Shown one piece after another: positions 18,892 through 30,400 of a DNA stretch of 64,000 bases; positions within the stretch are counted from its first letter, which is position 1; each line of letters starts with the position of its first letter. The stretch is from Lama guanicoe (Eukaryota), in contig MU054220.1 in NCBI GenBank assembly GCA_013239625.1, positions 2,231,374 to 2,295,373 on the forward strand, in the 5' to 3' direction. The notes under the pieces are model-generated. The model was not told the origin of the DNA. It did not search any database and saw nothing but the letters and a program-made list of their open reading frames with translations. Both the position numbers and the translations under genes were made by a program.

Positions 18892-21800
18892 TCAGGTGCC
18901 CGTCTCCACCTCCACTACTCCTGCCCAGGTGCCAAAGCCCATGTCCTTATGGATGAGTACCAGGCCAGCGCCGGGGCCTGGCTCTTCAGGCACCACAAAG
19001 CACTTATCCTGGCTCTCGGCAATGGTGACCTCGAAGACGTCCTGGGCTGGGGAGCCATCCTGTCCACTGCGAGTGTCCAGCAGCTCTGGCTCAGTCTGCA
19101 GGAGCACCACAGTGGGCTCAGAAGCAGCAGGTGGCACACAGGGTGGGCTGGAGGGTGCCCCGGGCTGGTGACTGAGCTGGTGCCGCTTGAGGCTTTGGGG
19201 GAGGGTGTAGCCCATGCCACAGGTGGGGCAGCGGTAGGGCTTGTCGGCCAGGTGGGACTTGAGGTGGCGCCTCAGCTTGGTAGCCAGCGTGTAAGCACGG
19301 CCACACTGGGGGCACGGGAAGGGCCTCTCCCCTGAATGCAGGCGCTCGTGAGCCCGCAGCGTGTGCGGGTCTCGGAGGGCCTTCCCGCACACGGGGCACA
19401 GGTGGGCCTCCCCGGTGTGGGAGATGAGGTGGCGCCGCAGTTCAGGCAGCTGGGGGAAGGCATCGGCACAGTGCGGGCAGCGGTAAGGGCGCTCCCCAGT
19501 GTGCAGCCGCAAGTGCCCGCGCAGGTTGCCCCGCTGGCGGAACGCCCGGCCGCAGTGTGGGCACAGGAAGGGCTTCTCCCCTGTGTGGAGCCGCATGTGG
19601 TTCCGTAGGGAGCCCTGGTTGGCCAGGGGCCGCCCACACACTGGGCACGGGCATGGGGCCGGGGCTGCCGGCACCTGGTGGGTCTTGCGATGCAGCCGCA
19701 GGGAGGGCCGGCGGGCAAAGGCCTTGCCACACTGGTCACAAGCAAAGGGCCGGGCACCTGAATGTACCACCTGGTGCTCTTTGAGGTCTCGCCGGGTGCC
19801 ATAGGCCTTGTCACACTGTGGGCAGGGGAAGGGCCGCACCCCACGGTGGCCCAGAGTGTGGGCTTTGAAGCTCTCCTCTGAGCTGTAGCTCTTGCCACAC
19901 TCGGTGCAAAGGAAGGGCTTGTGGCCCGTGTGCACGAACGCATGCTTCTTCAGATGGCACAGCTGCAGAAAGGCCTTGCCACACTCCCCACAGCGGTACC
20001 GTCGCCCCTGTTTTGAGGAGCTTCCTGCTGGACCAGGAGGGCTCCGCAAGCGTGCTGGGAGGCCAGAGTGCTGCTGCTCTCCAGTCTGCTGGGTGCCGGG
20101 CCCTGAGGTCTTCACTCTGGGGGGGCGCTGATCACTGGAGCTACGTAACTTCTTGACCAGGCAAGCGTGCAGCTGTGGGTCCGTGGCGGAAGATGAGGAA
20201 CAGGCCTCACTGCTCTCAGGGCCCTGCTGGGGAGCAGAGCTGCTCTGAACTTCCAGACGCATCTGTGTCTGGGGTGGGTCCTCCTCGTCCACACTGCCAT
20301 CCTGAGATGATGGGCCAAGTGGCTGCCTCTCCTTGGAAACCTGGTCCTGGTTTTGGGGCTTAAGTTCAGGGCTCACCATACTGTCTGCCTGGATGCTTAG
20401 GGGTGACTGGTGACCAGGATCTGTAAAGCAAGAGTGGGGCACATAGAGAATGTAGCAGGTGGCCACAGTGGTCTCACCAGGAAATTATGGGAACATGTGT
20501 CTTCTCCTCTTCAGACCCTGAGCTGCAGTGGGAGCAATGACAGCAATCTCTTCCCTAGAACTTGAGCCACACACTCCGTTTAGCTTCCTGTCCAGTCTCA
20601 GGTGACTTCTGGGAGGCTCTCCTGGGAACCAGAGCTCTCTAGATGTCTGGATAATCCCTCAGATGAGACCTTCCCAGAGTGCCCTTGTTCTCCCTTTGGA
20701 GACATGCACTTAGGATGAGTTAGGACCACCACCTCCTCACTTCAGCTCATCTGAAAATAAAGGAACCCCCACCCCCAGCCCAGACAGAACACAAGAAATT
20801 GGAAACCTTATACACAGCCTGCTGTCTTCATCAGCATGACCTTACTATTCCAGGAAACTTAACTCAGGAAGATAAAAAATCGTATATACCTATACAGTTG
20901 ACCCTTGAACAACACACGTTTGAACTCTACAGGTCCACTTACAGATATTTTTCAACAGTAATTACCACAGCCCTACACAATCATGGTCCGCTGAATCCAC
21001 AGATGCAGAATCACAGGTGTGGAACCATGGATGTGGAGGGCCGACTGTAAGTTATACTTGGATTTTTCTGACTGCTGGAAGGGTCAGTGCCCCTAACCCC
21101 CGTTTGTTCAAAAGTCAACTACATTGTTCACTCTAAGGAAAAGACCCATCATTCTTCAATAAAAAGCATCAAATAACAGTTTACACCCCCAAATTCTGTA
21201 AACATCTTACTTGAAAATTTGGATCTTGCTGAGTTGACGAATCCTAAACCATTATGTCATGATCCTTACCCAATCCTAATCAAGCCCTGCCACCATCCCA
21301 CATGGAAAAATCTACCCTATACCAGACTTCAAAATGTCACTAAATATCCAGGCTTTGCCCTTTCCCTCAGAAAAGCTACTGTTCTCCCTTATCTTCTTGA
21401 GCCACAAGCTCTGCTTTCTCTTATCAATAGGTTATTTTGGTGATAATTTGGGAAGCCGGCATTTATTTGACACACACCTGTGCGAGATTCTGTTGCATCC
21501 TCCCCAGGGAAGGCCACTTCCTGTTGTACAGAACACTCCACTTCTGTCACAGCCATGGCTGCCTCTTCCTCCAGCCTGGGCTGGGTGAGGCTTGGGCCCT
21601 CAGAGGGAGGCCGGGGCCACAGCAGCAGCTCAAAACCTGGTGGCACAACTCGGTACACCTGCAGGTGGAGCCTCTCGCTGATCCACACCGGGGCCACGTT
21701 CCCCTCACCCTCCAGCTTGGCTCTCTGCACCAAACTGCAAAGCAGAGCAAGAGCTGGCTCAGGAGACCCTCTTCAAGTGGTCCTCCCTGAAAACCCCAGC

Positions 21801-23372
21801 TCCTGGGCAGTCTGGGTTCTTTAGGACCCCATGCCTTAGGAACACTCAATGCAGAAGATCTGTGGGTGAGGAATTCTAGTCAGCTTCTGGTTCCATCCCA
21901 TGTCATAACAGAAAGCCTCAAAGGAGCATCTTCACTACACACTCTCCTGTAACTTACCTGGTCCAGCCTGAACTCTGCTCACAAGCACACACGTCTCCCC
22001 ACAGGCCTAGTGACACGTCCTGAAATAAACCAATAAAAGTCCTTCTCCCATGTGTTTGAGAGGCCCAAGGTGAAACAAACAAACAAAAAACCTGATGTAA
22101 CTTCTCCTGAGACAGATCTAAGATGAAGACTCTGGAAGGTTAATGGTTTCTGGATCTGCCTCTACAGGACTGTTCTGAGTTTTCATTCAGTAAAGGCTGA
22201 AAAAACTGTCCCTTCACTTCCCTCCCAACGTGTGGAGAATTACTAAACTGAACATATTACTGCCTTCCAGTGAATACCAAACAGAAAAAGTAGTAAGATG
22301 TACAGCAACTTTGAAATTTTTTTGAGGACTTATGCAATGAAATCCTTTACCTGTGCCGTTTCATTTTTTGCTCCAAATAATCCTGGAGGATTAAAATAAA
22401 GGAAATAGCCATTTCTTTATTTTATATATTTGTTAAGTGAGGCATACCATCTAACTAGCTTTGTGACAAAAGTGGGGTTTGATCCCATGGCTTTTTAATT
22501 CCCACAACCTTTGCTCTTGACTTTCTATTGCTGATACTCTACTAATCCAGTTTTTAACAACTTTTTGCACCTCCTTAACTACTGCAAGTGAGGAAAAGAG
22601 ACCGTACTGGAGAGAAAAGGCAAAACTATCTCCTATCTCTGGGAATACTCTGCATCTTCTAACAAACTGGAGCGCTGTCCAGAAATGTCTGAACCTCTTC
22701 CAAATTTTCAGTTATGGAGAGGAGACATCCTCTCCCTCAATACCTCCTCCTGTTTCGTTTTCACTCCATCGCCCTTCTGCCCCGAGGCATACTCTTCTTC
22801 CAGTGGCCCCCAGAGCAGTCCCGGCTGCAAGGATTCCCCGACACACCAGATCCCAAAGCACCGCTCCACGGCGAGTGAGGGGCCAAGGGCCAAGCCCCGG
22901 GGGAGGCTCTTTAGACTGAGGATGGCTCGGGTCGTCCCAGGAGGTAAGTCTTTGAGTCCCTGTGCACAACCTTCTCCGGAAGGGCTCCATCCTGAGACCC
23001 TGCCGAGGAGCGGATCGGGGGCTGCAGGTAGAGAGGAAGACACTGAGGAAACGGCCCAATAGGTCGTGGGGTGGGGAAAGGTGAGGGAGAAAACCCCAGG
23101 TTCAGCCAAGCCTCAGGAGTCTGAGGTATCTGTAAGGGTTCTAAGGGGGCCCCGGAAAGGTGTGATGGAGTTCAAGGACACTTTAAAAGCCCCCAGAGAC
23201 GCTGAGGGCACCGGAGAAGGATGCCGGGCTCAGGGTTCAGGGTCGGGGGAGGGAAGAGTGGGCCAGAGAACTTTAGGTGTATTAGGCCAGGGCCGAGAAT
23301 CGGAGACAGCACAGGTCACTCACTGAACTGCAGTCTCTCCCTCTCCAAGAGCAGCTCCTCCGCCTCTTCCAT
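18892..23372 (-). CDS. ZNF408: Zinc finger protein 408 (PRDM17), 5 coding exons, 724 aa, 10 C2H2 fingers
   Basis: Exons (minus): 23324-23372 ([10 protein letters not shown]), 22744-23021, 21958-22019, 21478-21734, 18892-20420; total 2175 nt, all GT-AG. Last exon has ten C2H2 fingers ([23 protein letters not shown] ... [23 protein letters not shown]) and ends VVEVETGT. Position head-to-head with ARHGAP1 matches known synteny. Confidence 0.96.
20895..21121 (+). mobile_element. Tigger2-derived MITE in ZNF408 intron 4
   Basis: Terminal inverted repeats CAGTTGACCCTTGAACAA ... TTGTTCAAAAGTCAACTA, with TA on the left flank. Confidence 0.8.
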
Positions 23373-23379
23373 CCCGGGT

Positions 23380-23900
23380 CAGACAGCCTTCCTCTGCCGG
23401 AAGTGAGCGTTGCCGCCTTAGCTCCCCCCGGAAACAGTAATTGACTTCCAAATTCCCACTCGGGAAAGAATCGTAAGAGTCACACCTCATTGGTGCACAG
23501 GACCGGGAGTTAGGAAGTACTGGTTAGGCAAATCTCTGTCTGAGAACAATACGAGATTAGGATTCCGGAGGTCCACCATGGATTCGAGTATCCGGGAAAG
23601 CGGAACTAATTGTTACAGTGGCCTCTCTTTTTTTGTTGGGGGGACAAGTCGGACGGTTATACTGTGCCTCCTGCAGGAGGGCAATAGGCGGGAACGTACA
23701 GGAAGTGGGTGGGGCTCCTGGAAAGGCCATGTTTGGAACGGGCAGCGGGTCGGAAGTGGGTTGGAGGTTTGGCGGAAGTCGTTGGGGTATGAAGAGACAG
23801 GGAGGGGGCGGTTCCCGTTCGAGCGCGGAGCCGGATGTTTGCCGATTTTTGACAGGCGTGGCAGAGGGAGCGGTACCCGACCACGGTGAGCCGCCAGGCG
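23380..23900. promoter_or_regulatory. Bidirectional CpG-rich promoter shared by ZNF408 and ARHGAP1
   Basis: About 500 bp separate the ZNF408 ATG (23372) and the ARHGAP1 exon-1 donor (23885). ETS/GABPA motifs CCGGAAGTG 23397-23405, CAGGAAGTG 23699-23707, CGGAAGTG 23751-23758, CGGAAGT 23773-23779; inverted CCAAT 23489-23493; no TATA box seen. Confidence 0.85.
23790..23885 (+). other. ARHGAP1: ARHGAP1 first exon (5'UTR); start approximate
   Basis: CpG-rich segment just after the ETS sites, ending in donor CACG|GTGAGC at 23885/23886. The matching acceptor CCCCAG| at 27410/27411 is 49 nt before the ATG. Confidence 0.75.
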
Positions 23901-26900
23901 CGAGGTCTCCATGGGAGGTGGGGGTCGGGGGAGGGAAGAAACTGGCCAGATCATCTGAAGGGTTGGGGTTCGGATGGGGAGGATCCGAGCGGACCCGAGG
24001 AAGGGAGCAGGGGTGGAACGGGGCCTGAGAACCTGGACTTCCCGCTGCGGGGATTCTGCTGCACTCTCGGGTCTGCAGTGAGAGGAGTTTGCTTCCTTGC
24101 TCCCTTCTTCCTGGCTCTTCGCTCGCTGTCGTCCAGCAAACTCATGGGAAGGGGTAATCTCCCAGGTCCAATCTAGGGAAGCGCTAAGAACAAAAATTTG
24201 AGAGAAATGTTTGCCCTTGCCACTTTCAAAATTTATTTCTTAATCTGTGAAATGAGATAATTTTTATCTCATTTTTTTGTAAACCATAAGCTCTATGCAA
24301 ACGTGATTGTAGTTGAAAGTTTTGCTGTTGGGTTGTGGGATTTGCATTTTCACAATTCTGGAGCCCCAACTAGGAGGGTGATCCCAATGCCAGAGAAAAG
24401 GATTTCAAGTTGTTATTTTAGTTCTCCGCTGAGGAGATTAGGGAAGAGGCTTACTTTGCCCTTTTGTATAACTTTGAGAATCCCATGAATGACAAGCACT
24501 TAGAGAAGTACTCAGGGACTGACCTGCCCAAAGAGAACACTTGAGACATGCAGGGATTAAAATCTTGACTTTACTGTATGACTCTAAGCAATTTGCTTAT
24601 TTTTTCTGTTCCTTGAGTTTCTCAAACTGTAAAATGGGTTTAGTAGTACATACCTCATTCGTACTGTTGTGAAAAGATAATTTGTATCCAGTTCATGGCG
24701 GTTAGTTCCCTTTTCCTCTTAGGATATGAATTGATTCCTTCAGTCATTCAGCAAATGACTGAGCATCTACTCTGGACCCAGATATAATTTTGAGGAGGTC
24801 AGGGGTTCTTAAACAGGGATTCTAAGAGGGCCTGTGAACCCCTTAAAATTTCATGCATGTGCTGATTTTTCTTAGAGAAAAAGTCCATAAATTTCACCAG
24901 AATTTTAGAGAGTTCCAGGACTGCCCAAAGTGTTAAAACCTCTGCCTAAAGTGATTTGTGAAGACTTTATAAAAGGTAGACATTTTACTTACTAAGAAGA
25001 GAAAAATTAATCTGAGACTAAGGAATATTTTGCAGAGTGCAGCACAACTTGTAAGTGACAGGAATTTTAGGCAGCCAAGATATTTCATTTTTAGTACCTT
25101 ATGTTAGAATTTCCCTGAACTGGCTCCCCCCCACCACACACATAAATGGTAGCTAAGCTTCTGGGTTCACAGGGGACAACAGCTGTGGGTAGAAGAGTCA
25201 TAAAGGATGCCAGGTTGGCTGGGAGGTGAAAACAACTGTGATTACTTATGTTGAAAAAGGAGGTTATGGAGTGGGGGAGGGGTTACTGGAAGAGGTGGAG
25301 TTCAAGTTCGTCTCCCTTTGAGAGTGCCTCTCTCCCTCCCTCACACATACTTCAGCTCCCAGCTGTTCCTTCTAACACTGCCTGCCGTTCATTTTAGCAC
25401 AAGTATTTTAGAATGCTGAGAATTATATTTCTGGGAGGAGTCTTCACTTCTGTAGCTGAGGAAATTTAGGCCTAGATAGGAAAAGGACTTGCCTGGCATC
25501 TTTGCAACTCAGTCAGGACCATAATCCAGGTCTCCTTAAAGCTCATCTTGTGCCTTTCTCATTGCATCAAGCACCCACTGTGTGCAGAAAGACTTCTCTG
25601 GAATAGCTGTGGGCAGGGCTGAAGGAGCACTTGGTGCCTGGGCAGTAACCGAACAGAAGGGATGGAGAAAAGGCTCAGGCCTGGAGAGGGTTACTTTGAG
25701 CTGAATTCTGTCCCTAGTAACCGGCTGGGGGCCCCTTTGGACATGCCCTCACAGCCTCCTGGGTCAATGTAGGGAGGAGTTTATAGATGAATCAGGTGTG
25801 GACTCCTCAAGACAGAGGGTTGCTTTTGTTGGAGGGTTGAAGCAGAATGGGGAGCTGGGGTGACAGTACAGCAGCGCTCACTGAGAGAAAGGCACTCCCA
25901 GTAGGGGAGGGAACTCTGTGTTTGCAGGAAGGGACTTGTATTTTGGTGGTAAGCAGTGAATAAGAGTAGCAGATAAGGCCAGGGGAGAGGAAGAGGGAAC
26001 AAAAGAAGGATTTTTGTTGTTGTTCATTCGGTTGGGTTTTTTGGCTGTTTGGCTGCTCAGTTTTGGCTCAGGAGCTTGAAACAGCTTTTGCCACTGAATC
26101 AGTGTGGTTGCCTTGGTAACAGGGTAGTTGTTGCTAGGTTGTTGCTACGTAAATAGGGAGCTGCTGCCCTGCTGCCGCTGGTTTGCCATCCAGAGTCTTT
26201 AGCAGGCTGTGACGTGTGCAGGAGGTTGTCACATCGCTTAGAGGTGTTCAGGGTCTGGATCTTGGCCCACAGTTCTCCCCTCTTCTCCCTACCCATGCCT
26301 GGGTCTTGTCTGTACTCCTTATCTGCCCTGAGATTCTCTGACCATATATGTCATTTTTGGGGCTCCAGGAATGCAGTGGACTTCCCATGGCCTCTTCTCT
26401 GGGGTTGGACGAGTGGGTTGAATTGAAACTCACCTCCCTCACACTGTACGGTGAGATTGTGAAGGGAGAGGGATTGGCTTCTTGTTAGGGCTGAGGGCAA
26501 AAGATGCCTCCTCCAGGCTGCACGCAGTCACATCCTCAAGGTCAGACCCCCGACCTGGGCAACCACTTTCAGAGTTGGCTCTTCTCCCTCCCGCCTGCTG
26601 CAGCTGCTCTCCTATTTTCCACCTCCTGCATCCCCACACTCTGGGTGTTGTGGGCTTCCTCCTTTCCCAGCTATGCCCCCCAATTCTTAGGGAAGTCTGT
26701 TGACTTTTCCCACCTTGAAATTAGTGTCAGGAGCTCCCCACAGAATAGAGTGGGCTTGGGAGCCCGCAGGAGCCTGCAGATTGTCTGCAGGGACTGGCAG
26801 GCAGAATCCATGTCCTGCTCCTCGTTCCTATCTTGGGGCAAACCCAGCTGGGCCCCTCAGCTCTGGCCTTTTTTCTGAGATGTTGTGGTCTCTGGCCACC

Positions 26901-27459
26901 TCCTCTTCCCTGAGCCAGGAGCTAGAGATGGAGTAACCGGGGCCTCTGCTGACCTTCTTCAGGCATGGGGTTTGGAGCAGCCCTGTGCTCCTTAGATTCT
27001 TGCAGCATCTCTACCCCACAACTGGGTCTGGGAAGCTTCTGTGCTCTCTGACCCCCAAGGCGAAGGGCGTGACCCTCTGCCCCGTGCAGCTGGGACTACA
27101 TGACAGAACCAGCTGGGCAGTGGGCAGTGCGGGGCCTGGCACAGCTCTTCCCCCTCCAGCTGGAGGACCTGAAGGCAGGCACTGAGCTGTGCCATCCTTT
27201 GCCCCAGCTGCCTCTTCTGGAAACATGCCAGAAAATTGTGAGCCAGGAAAACCAGGAGCTACATGGAGCTCTTGGCAAGGATGAGGAATGTTGAGGAACA
27301 GGGACAGGGGAGCTCAGGGGAGGGAGGAGTCGGGGCAGGAGGGCTTGCTTTAGAGGTTATAGGTCAAAAGAGCACGTCCCTGACATGCCCGCTGGCTCCC
27401 ATGTCCCCAGGGTTCTCTTCAGGTTCTGTGGTGTGAAGCTGTGGGGGACAGGCTGGGCC

Positions 27460-30400
27460 ATGGACCCACTCTCAGAGCTGCAGGACGACCTGACCTTGGA
27501 TGACACCAGCCAGGCTCTGAACCAGCTGAAGCTAGCCTCCATTGATGAGAAGAACTGGCCCTCAGACGAAATGCCCGACTTTCCCAAGTCAGGTGGGCAC
27601 AGCTGGATCTCAGCAGCCATGGGCACCTTACAGGGGAGACCCCCTTCCTGAGGAAGGAAGACCCCAGGAGGGCAGGATGGGAGCAGGCTGACCAGCCCCA
27701 GGGTGGGGCTGAGAGCACAAGCCTTACTGGGGGAAGGGCCAAAGGGCACAAATCTCAAGGAGAATATCGTGCCAGCCCCTCAGATTATCCACTGGTGTTG
27801 CTATATTTCTCAGATGACTCCAAAAGCAGCTCCCCAGAACCTGTCACACACCTGAAGTGGGATGACCCTTACTACGACATCGCCCGGCACCAGATTGTGG
27901 AGGTGGCAGGTGAGTACATCCAGCACTGCAGCTTTTTCCTCACAGTCTGCCCTCCTGGCTTAAGGAAGTCAGCTCCTCCTGCCTCAGGGGAAGGGGCTGC
28001 AGGGGAGGGGCGGGTCTGACTCCTGACCCTGGGGCTCTTGAGGCTCCACGTTCTTTAGAAACACAGGCTTGATTATGATGGCCACTTGGCCTGTTCACTT
28101 TCAACCACATCCCGACCTGTGACCTTGTCGTCTCCGTTGGCAGATGGTATGCGGGAGGCTCTGTGAAAGCCCTGGGTTTGATTTCCAGCTCTGCTCTCTG
28201 GGCTCATTTCTTCCTCACAGTGTTGCTGTAAAGATGACAGTAATGAACGTAAGTCAAGGCCTAGCCCAGAACCAGAACACAGTTGACTCTAAATAAGTGT
28301 TCATCCATCTCCCTTCCCTTTGCCCTCAGGTCAGCTTTTCTACCCCATCAGGGAGGTACCAGTCCCTCCTGGGAAACCTGATATCCAAGGAAGTCTGGAA
28401 TGGCAGAGCTTCTTTCTAGAAGTTAGGGGCCACATGACCCCTGGAGCATCAGGTTCCTGGCAGTGAGACTACCCTGCTAAGAATGGGTGTGGCGCCCCCC
28501 TTGGGTCTCAGCCCCAGTGAGCCACACCCTCCTCTTCATGCTGTAGGACCCAGAAGACTCCAGGAACAGGGGAGGTAGCGGAGATGTTGATGACTTGGTT
28601 ACTGCCCTTAGGGTCCTCCTGCTAGAAGAGGAAACTGAAATTGTAGGATCCTTTGTCTTTTCCCTAATGGTTTTCTGTCCTAAGTGGTGAGGCCAGGTGG
28701 CTGTAAGCAAGGATGACAGCATGGCCCTGCTCTGAGGCACTGGGGTGGGCAGGGGGAGCCAGGCAGCAGGTGGCCTCTGGAGCCCTGTGTGGCACAGGCT
28801 GAGGGGGTCCTGGAAGCAGTAGGGAGCCCTGGCTCTCCTAAATGCTGAGCTCTGGGAGGGAGTGGGCAGGTGAGAGGTTGTCCCTAGTGTCAAAGGTGTT
28901 TGTTTCTTTGGCATCTGTGTTCCTAGTGCCTGCCCTAGTCTGGGTTGGAGGACTTGGTTATGGCCTGTCTCGCCCCTACAGAGCAAGGCTGAGTTCTTTT
29001 TTGGCCTGGTCCTGCCCTGAGGACAGGAGAATTACCTGAAGGTTCAGAACTTTCCTCACTCCCAGAGATGGACCTGACTGGGATGTGGGGGTGTCTAATG
29101 TGAAGGACTCTCTATCCTGACATCCTCCTGGCTTATATGGCCAAGTCACAGGCGGAGCAGGGGAGACTGCCCCTGCCCTCACCAGGTGACCCCTGCAAGT
29201 AGAGCTGCAACATGTTTCTGTTTCTCCAGGATGTGATGAGCCTGAGGGGGCCCAGCCAGGTAGGTGTGTTCCTGGCTCTCTGTGCTTGGCCTCTCTGGGA
29301 TTGGATCAGGAAGGGCTCTCGGTGGAGGCCAGGTGGGGCCAGCTTAATTGCAGCCCCACTCTGGGGAGCTGGGAGCTGGCGGTACTTGGGAGCTGGAAAT
29401 AATAAAGGATTTATGGGAGGTTTGACAGGGTTGGGGCTGTGCAGGGACACATCCAGAGCCAGGAGGGAAGGAACTCCAGGGGAAGAAGAGCTTTGCCCAT
29501 GAGGGGCGTGGGGCTGGCAGTGAGCAATGGCCTGGCCTGAGTGCTGGCTCAGGGCCTCTCTGGTGGGGGTGTCCCCCATGTGTGTGCCTCTCTGACTGCC
29601 AAGAAGAGTTTAGATTGGCACTGCTAGAGCAAGAGTCACTTGGTGCGACTATGATGACGTCCTGGGAGGCCAGTTTCCTGGCATCAGAAACCAGAGAAAA
29701 AGCCCACGCTGGAAGGGAGGACGGAGTATGTCCCCAACTCCTCTGCTGCCTTGCTTCTGCCTGCTAGCAGTGGCTGTCATGCTCCACGGTCTTTCCAGTG
29801 GTGTGTGTGCTGGTAATTGTTTAATAGTTAGCCCTCCTGAAAGGAAAAAAAAAGAAAAGGCTATTATTTGTATTTTCTGTAGCATTTGCAATTTCTAACT
29901 ACTGACAGCAGATTTCAAGCTACCAATGATGATGTCACCTGGCTTGCAATATTCCTGCAATCTTTAACATTTTAACAAATGTGTGAGCTTCAGCACATTG
30001 CCCCAGCTCCCACCTCCCCTCTCCTTGGTTGGCCTGTTCTGCAGGTTGTGGTAGGGTGCTGGTCTGGCGGGTCCCATAATGCCTGCTGGAGGAGCTGCGC
30101 TGCTGCTGAAAACCCAGTCCGTCCCCTCCTTCCCACCCCGGAAAGGTCCTGATTGGTATCTGGGGAATGCTGAGACTTCATTCTTAGGCAGCTGGGCTTT
30201 TCCTGGTGCTTCCCACAAACGCTTTGCCTCCGCATTGAGCCCTCTCCCTCAGGCTTCAGGAGACACGGTGCTGCTAGATCCTTCTCTCCCTTCAGTCTCC
30301 AGGACAGAAGTCTGTTCTCTTCTGAGATCAGGATGGGAGTCCCAGGCCTTTTGACAGATGCCTCTTGTTTGAAGCAATCACCCTGCCTGCTGGCAAATGC

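Noticed and set aside
18880..20363. Many overlapping antisense and alternate-frame ORFs over ZNF408 exon 5
   Set aside because: By-products of GC-rich repetitive zinc-finger codons, with no independent start, splice or domain signal.
18892..20466. 524-aa single-exon ORF as a standalone gene
   Set aside because: It is ZNF408 exon 5 plus intronic read-through; the real acceptor is at 20420/20421.
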